Translations under genes and position numbers: made by a program | Part shown: positions 12,701-23,233 of the stretch, piece by piece | Position numbering within the stretch: the first letter of the stretch is position 1 | Layout of the letters: each line of letters begins with the position of its first letter | Notes under the pieces: generated by a model | Told to the model about the DNA's origin: nothing | What the model saw: only the letters and a program-made list of their open reading frames with translations | The model's database searches: none | NCBI GenBank assembly: GCA_963514005.1 | Contig: OY740791.1 | Location: 52,390,001 to 52,454,000 of the forward strand | Source: Raja brachyura | Taxonomy: Eukaryota | DNA: 64,000 bases | Reading direction: 5' to 3'

Positions 12701-14341
12701 GGTCTATTGACTTCTTTAGAGCCTGGAGTCAGTTATATCTTGACCTTTTGCTCTTCCCTCCTCAGAGAGGGCAATTCATAGGCAGCCCTTAACAGGTGCT
12801 GCCGCAGGATACCTATACTCATAAGAACCCATTGGAACTATACCCAAATAAAATATTCTGCTGGGATGGCAACTTTGTTGTCAGGAAAAGGTACCTCTGA
12901 CATGTGCCCTTCATCCCTTGGTGTATGCCCCATGGCCATACCCTGAGACTTAGTGGCAGCAGGATACTGACCCGTCTTGGTCTCTGCCTCCAAGAGCGAG
13001 ACCTGTAGCTGCTCTGTAACTGGAGCTGCTGGTGCAGCCTGTGGAGGTGGAACTTCTGTCTCACCCTACCATCAGAGTCATTGTCCGAACTAATCCTCAT
13101 CTATGAAGGTATTATCAAACAGTTCTCTACTAGATACTGCTGGTACCTTTTTTGTTCAGGATGGCGCTGACACTCCTCCTGTTGGCGTGTGCCCTGCTGT
13201 AGCACTGTATGCAACAGTTGCTGTATTTGGGATAGTCATTTCAAACGCACTATCCAGCCCCTGTGGGGAATCATCCCCCGATTTTGTGGGCCTTGCTATC
13301 CAGCCCCGGTGGAGAATCATCTCCCAAATCCGTGGGCATAGATTATGTGTGAACTTGAGCAACCCTGTCCCAGGCATTGCTGGCGCCACCTTTCGTAAAG
13401 GCCGGTGCTTTTTGACCTGAAACAGCCCTGTACCAGATGCAGCTAGCATGGCTCTCCCGTAGGCTGGTAATGTCACAAATGAAACAGCACTGTATCAGGC
13501 GCTGCTGGCACAGCTCTCCTGTAGGTTGGCACTTTCATACATGAAGCAGCCCTGTCAAGCGCTGCTGTAATGGCCTGTCCCATAGGCCCGCAATATTACA
13601 CATGAAACAGCCCTATCCCAGGCACTGCTGGCACGGCTGGTCCCATAGGCCCACGCTATTACAGTGTAAGCTCACTAAATCAACATTTTTAGTGTACAGC
13701 TTTACCTGTGAAGGGTTAAAACAATTCACATTAACTTGTGGTAAACAACAAATATTACATTGTCAGAGACATATGACAATAACTTTTTATGACTTTAACT
13801 TTGCCTTTAGCTTTTAACTTTAAGAAAAACACTAACACATAAATTTTATTATTAAGAGAAACCCTTTGTAGCCGACTAACCTGAGTCCAAATAGGGCTGA
13901 ATGAGTCCCATTTTATTCCTTGCCTGGGGACCAATGTCTGTGAGCCACTAACTGCACTGTCAGTGACTCTGGCATTATTTCCTTGCCGTTCCACGGCATC
14001 CCCGCAGGCTGGGAGCCGCTGATTGCCTTGTTAGTGGCCCCTTATCTCGCAACCCGATCTTTTTACCGGTTATCCGCTTCTGCGGTCGGACTGGGTTACC
14101 CCACAGTCCATAACCGGTACACCCGTCGGGCTGCGAAACTGGCAGGAAACCTCTGTGAAGAGAGGCTCCTGCCTGAAAAAACCTGGTAAGTAAAAACGAA
14201 CTTACCTCTACGTTTAACTTACCGCTGGCAGGAGCTCTGACCTGCCAGTCTGGTGTTTGCGCCAGTGCGGCTGACGTACTGACGCGCATGCGGCCTAGAC
14301 GGGGTTCTTCATAGAATCACTCACGTGACTCTGAAGTAAAA
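9770..14341 (-). mobile_element. DIRS-type retrotransposon, copy B, both termini intact, ORFs decayed
   Basis: ITR gaagaaccccgtctaggcc(a/g)catgcg at about 9848 and inverted at about 14285. ICR at 9991-10102. YR remnant SRWLQQVL..AGI..SHSTRSASTSAA..ILATAGWS (10322..10594). Methyltransferase remnant FCLISRVLKQ. No TSD. Confidence 0.92.
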
Positions 14342-17300
14342 TCGCTTGGGGACTCTCCTTTCACAGTTTGGCACAGAAGCATCAGATCCTGTTGAATCTG
14401 CCAAAGTGTTGTCACCCAGACACCTTGCCTGCTCACCACCTGCGTTGCAGCGTGCTGCCTCTGGAACTGGTCACCACCTCGGAAATGTCGTCTGGCCCTC
14501 CTGAATCAGTAGCTCTGGGTGGATTTTGGGCTACATCGTTTTGTGTGTCCGTGGACATGTACTTTTTGACACTCAATACATTTCTCTTGTAGATAACACC
14601 TTCAGGAGACTTGACTGTCACCATGCTGCCACTCCTCAATACAACATTGTATGGCTGGCAATGGTAAGGAGTGTCCATCTTATCGCCATCATCTTGCCTC
14701 ACAAGCACATCATCCCCAGGAATTATTTCAGAGTGCCTGGCTCATCGTTTCAAGTCAGCATATCATTTTGCCACACCTTTTTTTTTCGGCATCACAGTCT
14801 CTCAGCTCCTGGTATTCCTTGATCTCTCGTACTTGTGGCATTTTAGTGCAAATATTCCTTCCAAACAAAGCTTCTGCTGGATTTTTCCCTGTCGTTGAGT
14901 GAGTGACTGCCCTATATGCAGCTACGTATGCTAACAGTGACTCCTTCCAGTTTCTCCCTTCGGCTTGGGCGATTTGTATCCTCTTCCCTATGGACTTGTT
15001 TTGTCTCTCTACTTCTCCGTTAGTTTGTGGCTATTTCATAGTCACCTTCTGATGATGGATGCCTGTGATTCTCATGTATTCAGCAAACGTCTCAGAAGCA
15101 AACCGTGGTCCATTGTCCGAATACAATGTAACAGAAACCTGTGTCTGGAGAAGATCTCTGCTAATGCCTGTACAGTCTTTTCTGCTGTAGTTGACTTCAT
15201 CACTGCATACTCATAGCACCTACTATAGTAGTCTACCTGTTGGAAGTGGTCCAAGAAAGTCAACATTTATGTCAACCCATGGTCCTGTTGGCAACTTTGT
15301 ACTTCTAATTGATTATGGTCAGTTGCTCCTGCTCGTGATTTGACATCCGTGACAGGTCTTGACAAATTTTCCGGCCACCAACCTGGCCACCACATTTTGC
15401 TCCGCAAATTCTGTTTAGTATCGATGATGCCTAAATGTCCTTCATGAGCTAATGACACGATCCTTGGTTGTACTTCCTGCGGGATCACCAATCTACTACC
15501 TCTCAGCACAAACTGATCAATTACACAAAATTCATCTTTTATGGGAACATATGCTTTGTAAGGGCATTGATCCCATTGCCCACTCTGTATACACTCTCTG
15601 ATACCTTTGAGTTCAGGATCATTTCTGATTCCCTTTCAACATCCTTCGTTGTCACAGCTCCTGGTGTTGACTGAATTGCAACAAACCTTGTCGAATAAAT
15701 CACTTCCAGCGGTTTGTGATCTGTAACAAGGTCAAATTCAATGCGGTACAAGTATGCATGGAACCTTTCACAGGCCCACACTAGTCCCAGTGCTTCTTTC
15801 TCCATTTGAGAATACCTTCTCTCCACGCTGGTTAATGATTGACTGGCATGTGCTATGATTCCGAGTCCATCTGCATGTGTCTGTACCAACACTGCTCCTA
15901 ACCCGACTGGACTAGCATCTGCTATGACTTTTGTTGGTGCAGCTGGATCATGCTATCCAAGGGTTTCTGCACTCATTAGACTCAGTTTCAGTGATTTGAA
16001 TGCTTGTCTCTGTTCACTACCAAACAGGAACAGTACGACTTTCCTGGTCAACTTACTCAATGGATCTGCCAGTGTAGAAAAAATGTGAATACATTTTGCA
16101 GAATAATTGACCAGTCCTAGAAAACTCCTCATCTAGGTTGTATTCTGAGATTCACGTGCAACTGCAACAGCTTTCACTTTAGCTTTGGCTGGGTTCAGCC
16201 CTTCACTTGTGAGTCTGTGTCCCATGAAATCCATCTCAGAGACGCCAAACTTGAACTTGTCTTCATTCACAGTGAGACCCCCTTGACGTTTAGTCAACAC
16301 TAGCTTCAACCTCCTGTCATGCTCCTCACGACTTGATGCATGGACAATGATGTCGTCTGATATGTTTGCTACTCCTGGTGCACCTTGAATCACTCTGTGG
16401 ATTTTGTACTGATAGATCTCGGGGGCAGCATTGATTCCGAACATCAGTCTATTGTACCAGTACAATCCGCAGTGAGTGACAAATTTTGTCACCTCTCTTG
16501 ACTCTGGATGTAATTCCAACTGATGATATCCCCACTTGAGATCAATTTTGGAAACACTTTACTGGTTTACTGGAGTCTTGTAGCTCCTCATCAACTGTAA
16601 AAATTGTGTGTCTTTCTCTAATTATTGCCTCATTGGCTCTCCTCATGTCAGCACACAGTCTAATGCCATCATTGGGTTTCGGCACAATCACAACTTTTCC
16701 AACCCCTTGGAATATTGAATGAAATGCCTGCCTCATGTCATCATATGACTGCAATGAATTGACATGCACTCCTATGTGAAGCACTCCCAACTCTCGAGCT
16801 GTATTTCTACTCAGCAGAGGTTCTCCCTTCTCCTCTATCACCACAAATTCTGCTTCAGTTTCTCTATCTCCGACTTCTAATTTAGCCATGAAACATCCAA
16901 TGGTCTGTAATGGTTTAGTTGAGGTGTATGGATATAACTTCCTACTACACCCACTTGACGTGCACTTGATTTTCTGCTGCTTCAAGCATTCTCAAAGTGA
17001 TGTCAATTACGTTGCTGTCGCTACCAGAATCTACAATCACTGGCACTGTAACACCTCCGATGGTCACTGCAACTTTCTCGTGATGGCTATCATTCAATGC
17101 AAACTGATAATTCCTTTTAACAGCGTGCTCACCAGCTTCATCACTGTCTTCATCACCTTCTACATGACGGATAGGACCCTTTTTCTGCCAAGGTCTGTCT
17201 TTCTTTTCACTGGACTTCCCTTTCTTGTTGTAATCACTTGCCTTGTCCCTGGCCTTTTACATTTCTTTGCAAAATGATCTTCATCTCCACATTTCCTACA

Positions 17301-18067
17301 TGTTCAACCTTTTGCTGGACAACATGCATCGTTTCTTATGTGACCCTTGTTGCCACACTGTAACACTCAATCTCACTTTCAGGCATACTTCTTGGTCTAC
17401 CGTAGAACAGCTGGTTAACTTGCCTAGGCTTGCAATCTTTCAATTTCATGCTGTGAAATTATCCCTCAACAGCTTCCAGTGCTGCTGCAATCGACAAAGC
17501 ATCATTAAGGTTTAACTCAGCCGCTTTTTCTAGCAGCCTTTTCCTGAGCTTGTCTGACCTGCAATGCTGGACAAACTGATCCAATATCTAGATCTCCACA
17601 TCAGCAGCCACATTTTTGCATCCTGTCTGAATCTCGTCACAAATTGAGCAACAGTCTCTCCCTCTTCCTGCATTGTGTTATGGAATAAATTGTTGTAATG
17701 TAGCATTTGGCACCACCACATAATGACTGTTCAAAGCATCAATGGCTTTCTTATCGTCTTCCTTCATTCCGATATTAGGGAGTATTTTAAACGTTTCTCG
17801 AATTGCTGGCCCTGCAGTGAAAAGAAGCAATGCTCTCCGCTGCTTCTTCTGCCCTGAGCTAGGCTTCTCAAGAAAGAGCCCTCGACTGTTGGTGTGAGCT
17901 TCGAATTGCTCCAACGAAGCATTCCACCTCACGGTGACAGTACTGCATCACCCATCGAATCGAAGTGTGGAACTCGGTGAAGTGCTAAGAAATCAGCTCC
18001 ATTTAAAAATACTTTTTTTTCCAGCTCATAGCCATGGATTCAGAATCCAAAATATCCTCTTCGCCAA

Positions 18068-18272
18068 TGTCACATCCTGGCCTCAGATGTGGAATAATAA
18101 TGATACTGACACAATATTTATAGGTTACATTTCTTGGTCTCTGAGTTTATTATCTCACTCAGCCATGGCCTCCTCCCTAGGCTTACACAGTGGACATGCA
18201 TTCTGGCCTCCAAGTCAGCTGATACAAAGATCAGATATTTGCATATCATCATCATGACTCATCGTCATGACA
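18068..18272 (-). repeat. 5' LTR of the Gypsy element
   Basis: TG...CA ends, flanked by the PBS and the TSD ATGTC. Confidence 0.95.
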
Positions 18273-18277
18273 ATGTC

Positions 18278-18414
18278 CATGTTCTCTATGGGTGTGTCTC
18301 TTAAGTCCTCTCGTTGATGATCACTAAACAGTCCTGTCCGGCTTCTGACTGCCCCTCTGGGGGTGAGACAAGAAAAGATACTAGGTCAATTTATGTACAG
18401 TACCTAAATCCAAA
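18278..18414 (-). mobile_element. ERV pol segment (tether to RNase H junction)
   Basis: Joined across the Gypsy insertion it reads DLRDTPIENMDM|TLYVGGSS, matching the retroviral DLxDxP..xYxDGSS motif. Confidence 0.75.
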
Positions 18415-18729
18415 TTTCACTTCTGAGTCGCGTCAGTGATTCCGTGAAGAAGACCCGCCAGGCCGCATGCGCACCAGTACGTCAGCCGCATTGGCACAAG
18501 CACCAGACTGGCAGGACAGAGCTCCTGCCGGTGGCAATTTAAACCTAAAAGGTAAGTTCGTTTTTTTACTTACCAGGGGTTTTCAGGCAGGAGCCTCTTT
18601 TTACAGAGGTTTTTCCTGCCAGTTTTGCAGCCTGACGAGTTGCCGGTTATGGACTGCGGGGAAACCCCATTCCGACCGCAAATGCGGATAACCAGCAAAA
18701 TTGATCGGGTTGCGAGATAAGGAGCTGCT

Positions 18730-19030
18730 AACAGTGCAGTCAGCGGCTCCCAGCCTGCATGAATGCCGCAAAAATGGCAAGAAATTCGAGCAGAGTCGCT
18801 GACGGGGGGGGTCAGCGGCCCCCAGCATGCAGGAATGCAGTAAAAACGGCAAAAAATTTAAACAGAGTCGCTGACAGGTGGGTCAGCAGCTCCAAGCTTG
18901 TGAGGATGCCGTAGGAATGGCAAGAAATTCAAACAGTCGCTGACAGTGGAGTCAGCGGCTCCCAGCCTGTGGGGATGCCGTTGGAACAGCAAGGAAGCAA
19001 CGCTGGAGTCACTGACAGTGGGGTCAGTGG
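18730..19030 (+). repeat. Tandem repeat, about 66-68 bp unit x about 4.5, in the 5' region of DIRS copy C
   Basis: Repeated gtcgctgacag..gtcagcggctcccagcctg..gaatgccg...aatggcaagaaatt. Copy B carries only about one unit. Confidence 0.85.
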
Positions 19031-19309
19031 CTCAAACTGTTGGTCCCCAGGGAAGAAATTAAATGGGACTCATTCAGCCCTATTTGGACTCGGGTGAGTC
19101 GGGCTACAAAGGGTTTCTCCTTATTATAAAATGTATGTATTTTATAGTGTTTTTCTTGAAGTTAAAAGCTAAAGGCCAATTTAAAATCATAATGTTCTGA
19201 CAATATAATCCTTGTTGTTTAAGCACAAGTTGCTATCAATTATTTTTACCCTTCACAGGTAAAGCTGTACACTAAAAATGTTGATTTAGTGAGCTTACAC
19301 TGCAATAAC

Positions 19310-19600
19310 GCGGTCCTATGGGGCAGACCACGCAGCAGCGCCTGACAAGGCTGCTTCATGTATGAAAGTGCCGGCCTACGGGAGAGCCGTGCCAGCAGCA
19401 CCTGATACAGGGCTGTTTCATTTGTGACATTTCAGGCCTACGGGAGAGCCGTGCCAGCAGCGCCTGACAGGGCTGCTTCATGTGTGAAGTGCCGGCCTAT
19501 GGGAGAGCCATGCCCGCAGCGCCTGATGCAGGGCTGTTTGATGTCAAAAAGCACTGGCCTTTATGAAAGGCGGTGCCAGCAATGCCTGGGACAGGGTTGC
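19310..19600 (+). repeat. Tandem repeat, about 58-60 bp unit x about 5, in the DIRS gag region (also at 13370-13660 in copy B)
   Basis: Repeated ggcctacgggagagccgtgccagcagcgcctga..cagggctg.ttcat. Confidence 0.85.
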
Positions 19601-22600
19601 TCAAGTTCATACATAATCTGCTCACCCCCGGAGTCGGGAAATGATTCTCCATCGGGGCTGGAGAGCAAGGCCCACTGAGTTGGGGGATGAATTCCTCACC
19701 GGGGCTGGATAGTGCATTTGAAAAGACTATCCCAAATACAGCAACTGTTTCATTCAGTGCTGCAGTGGTCTCCCTCACGGAGGCAGAGACCAAGATGGGT
19801 CGGTATCCTGCTGACACTGAGTCTCAGGGTATGGCCATGGGGCATACCCCAAGGGATGAAGGGCACGTGTCAGAGGTACCTTTTCCTGACAACAAAGTTG
19901 CCATCCCAGTAGAATATTCTATTGGGTCAATGGGTTCGTATCAGTATTGGTATCCTGCGGCCTGCGGCAGCGCCTGTTAGGGTTGCCTACGAATCGCCCC
20001 ATCTGAGGAGGGAAGAGCAAAAGGTCAAGATGACTCCAGGCTCTAAAGATGTCAATAGAACATACTCAAGCACATATGTGCCGGCAGTGAACAACGCCAA
20101 CAGGGGGATGTGAGAGCCAACCGCTGAATCTGTTATTCAGGTAGTTCTATTCTACAGGTGAAGAAAGCCTGGCAGATGATTCAATTAGGCCAATGGCGGG
20201 CAAAAGTCATAGTTCAGAATGCACCCCAGGCACTCATCAGCTGTAGTGGTTCACTGGAGCTGGGGGCAGCATGATAGCTCAGAAATTCCATGCACCTTCC
20301 AATCATACTCAACTAAATGGGTCCAGCACTTCCACAATTTGGGTAGTGCACCATTCACAGGTTGTAATATTTACATTTGTTTTGTACAACACACAAAGTG
20401 TAAAAATATTTGGTTGAGGCACAGCCGGAACTTTCCAAGTAAGTTTGGATTATGGCCAGGGTTTGGAAATTGGGCAAAAGTTCTCATGCAAACCATCCAT
20501 GGAATAAGGCAGGAGTGGCATATGGAGAGTATCGGGCATATGAACTTTCCGAATATGAAAAGTTATTTTCCTGACTACAACAGATTCATAAGGTAAGAGA
20601 TACATGCTATACAAATCCCATTACAGAGGTTATCAAAGACAATATAACTGTACTATAACAGTAAAGCTTTGCAGTATGGGATAAACTGTTTGTTGGTCAT
20701 TGGGATTTACCTTCAATTATTATTAGCCTTGTCTCCGCCTTGTGGTAAGAGATTGGAGTTATAGCAATCTATTACAAAACTGAGTTATTTTCATCAAGAG
20801 TAATTAACAATATAGCGGCTGTTTCAGCCGAGCAAATCAAGGAACTGATATTGTGTAAGTAGCAATTAGATTATTCTTAACAACCTTATGCTATTGTCAG
20901 CTGAAGCTACCTCTGCCACAATGATGAAGTAACAGGATTCAGCATTGTTGAACATGACAATAACTCATTGAACATGAACTTGAAACTCGCTACAGTAGTG
21001 TGGTCGGTTGAATTCAGTTATTACAAACTGATGCTTAGGATGCTAAGATGAGAAGTTCCTTATACCATCACCTACTCGGAGGTATTGGAGATTGCATGAG
21101 TCACCAATTCTTCAGTTGTTGGTATCAACTAAATATATACACTAAATTCACCCATGAGTAAGGGGTTTTTGAGCAAATATACATATTCTACATGCTCAAA
21201 TTGAAGTTGCTACTCTACGATGGTGACATATGTTAGTCACATGGTAATCAAGTAAAAATATCCTGTAATTAATCTCCTTGCCACTGGTGTATCATCCAGT
21301 TCCGATCGATAGTAACACAGAATAAGTGTTGGATCTCAAAGTATGGTTGAATACTACATCGAATATCAACATGTTGGTGCATGTTTATTCACTGATTGCA
21401 AAAATATGTGGCACAACAGTGCGGAGAAATGCATTCTTGCTTCAATAGGAGGAATGGTCTTTTTTGTCTTCCTCATTTTTGCCTCATTAGCCGGGTCTTA
21501 AAACAGTCAGCAAGAGCTCGCTTGGGTTCGTACTATTGGACTGGCCAAGCGTCCATGTTGCCTGTTTCATCTGGCATTATGGCACAATGATATACGGTTA
21601 TGCCAAAAAACAAGAACTTGTTGTTCAAACTGTGGTTCAGGAGAGCAGCCTTTGCACAGTAAAACAATTATTGACACACATTTTGAATGGATTGACATGC
21701 CTCAGGTTGTCACATGAAGCCATGAAGGTGCTCACTGCAGTGTGCAGGGATAGCACCCAAAAAACCAGTACATTTCTATTGAGAGTATTAGAAGTGTCTT
21801 TTGTTAAGTCTTAATGTTACATTTAATACAGTGCAGATTACTGACGTTTTCCAGTTCATTTTAAATGGTATTTGACAATAATTCAGTTATAGAGACACCA
21901 CAGTGGCAAAATAAGGGAACTACGCTGTCGGGTTCAACCCGGATATTGAGTTGTTAAAAGATCTTGACACAAGTTCTCCCACTACAAGATTATGCAGTTG
22001 GTTATTGTAAATGTGTAAACATTACTTCACCAAGGTGTTCCAGCTACATCCTTAGTTATGACACTAATATCAGCACAGCGACGGCAAGCATTGCAAATGC
22101 TGTGGCTAGATAGGATGGAGTTGGCTGCAGGTGCCATTATATTTTACATTCTGGTCTACACAAGCAGAGTAGACTACGGGTGGCATGATTTAAGATCCTT
22201 TTGGATACCCCACGGTCTGACGTCTATGTTATCAAGGACACAGAATCCTAAGAAGTATGGAATCAGCATTGTTTATTAGTAAACAAACAACTACACTAAG
22301 GTAGGTCGCAGACTATTTCAAGGTGGCTGCAGCAGGTTCTGGATTATACTGGTATTAACACTGATGATTGTATGTCTTATTCCACCAGGTGAGCATCAAC
22401 GTCAGCATATCATTTAGATAGTGTGTTTACATCTCTTTCCACTAGGGCAGCAGCTATGTTGGTGGCCAAGGCAAGGGACATGCCCGTCGATCATATTTTG
22501 CTATTTTAAGTTCTGTTTAAAGTGCCCACGATAGAGGGGTACTGTTGTTTGTTATATATTTAAAATAAACTTTATTACTGCATTAAATGCAATGTTACTA

Positions 22601-23043
22601 CTAATGCATTAATTTCTTTTTCGAGTCGATCACTGCAATGGGATGCCGAGATTTGTAATCTGCGGCATGAAATCACAAAGCTTTGAAACCTTCACGGAAT
22701 CACTCACGTGACTCCGAAGTAAAATAGTGAGATTAAATGAGAACTTACCAGTTTGAAGTTTGATCTTGATTTTATGAGGAGCTAGATCCTTAGTTATGAG
22801 TTATGTTGGTGATTACGTGCCCGCCACGCCCAACCCTCTCTCATAAAGGATCATCTGGTAGTTCTCAAGTCACGCATCTTACTATGTCACTTCGGTGTTG
22901 TTATTTGTGATTTCATACCGCTGCTTTGAAGATTTAGTGCGCATGCGGCCTGGCGGGTCGTCTTCATGTAATCACCAACGTAAATCCTCATAAAATCAAG
23001 ATCAAACTTCAAACTGGTAAGTTCTTGTTTAATCTTACTATTT

Positions 23044-23233
23044 TCAATTATTTCTGAAATAGATCCCATGCTAATCTGATTGGCTATTGTTAAGTGGAAG
23101 GTTTTAAAGGCATTCCAATAACACTACCATGGACATGAATCATATCCTACAATTTCCTGATAGAGAGTCAAATTTGACATTGGTTATAAACTGTTATATA
23201 TGGTTGCAGAATTTAGCTGCAGAGTGGGTGTTG
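23044..23233 (-). mobile_element. ERV pol segment (connection/tether)
   Basis: Lies between two insertions and is colinear with the flanking ERV pieces. Only weak motif similarity (LTLY, KTFHLT). Confidence 0.5.

Larger units (their letters stand above)
9334..18272 (-). mobile_element. Gypsy/Ty3 (Mag-like) LTR retrotransposon, complete outline, decayed ORFs, interrupted by DIRS copy B
   Basis: 205-bp LTRs at 9334-9538 and 18068-18272. 5-bp TSD ATGTC at 9329-9333 and 18273-18277. PBS TGGCGAAGAGG next to the 5' LTR. RT RLMFGINAAPEIYQ..ISDDIIV (16133..16519), RNase H RRYSQMEKEAL..TDHKPL (15539..15892), integrase AHEGHLG (15267..15509), gag LLLFTAG (17678..17932). Confidence 0.95.
18415..23043 (+). 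mobile_element. DIRS-type retrotransposon, copy C, both termini present, ORFs decayed
   Basis: 5' end tttcacttctgagtcgcgtcagtgattccgtgaag. ITR gaagaagacccgccaggccgcatgcgcac is inverted at about 22937-22966. ICR at about 22690-22819. YR remnant LISAQRRQALQMLWLD (22058..). Colinear with the reverse complement of copy B. Confidence 0.92.

Noticed and set aside
18730-19600. CRISPR-like array
   Set aside because: Eukaryotic context, head-to-tail degenerate repeats without unique spacers, and no cas genes.
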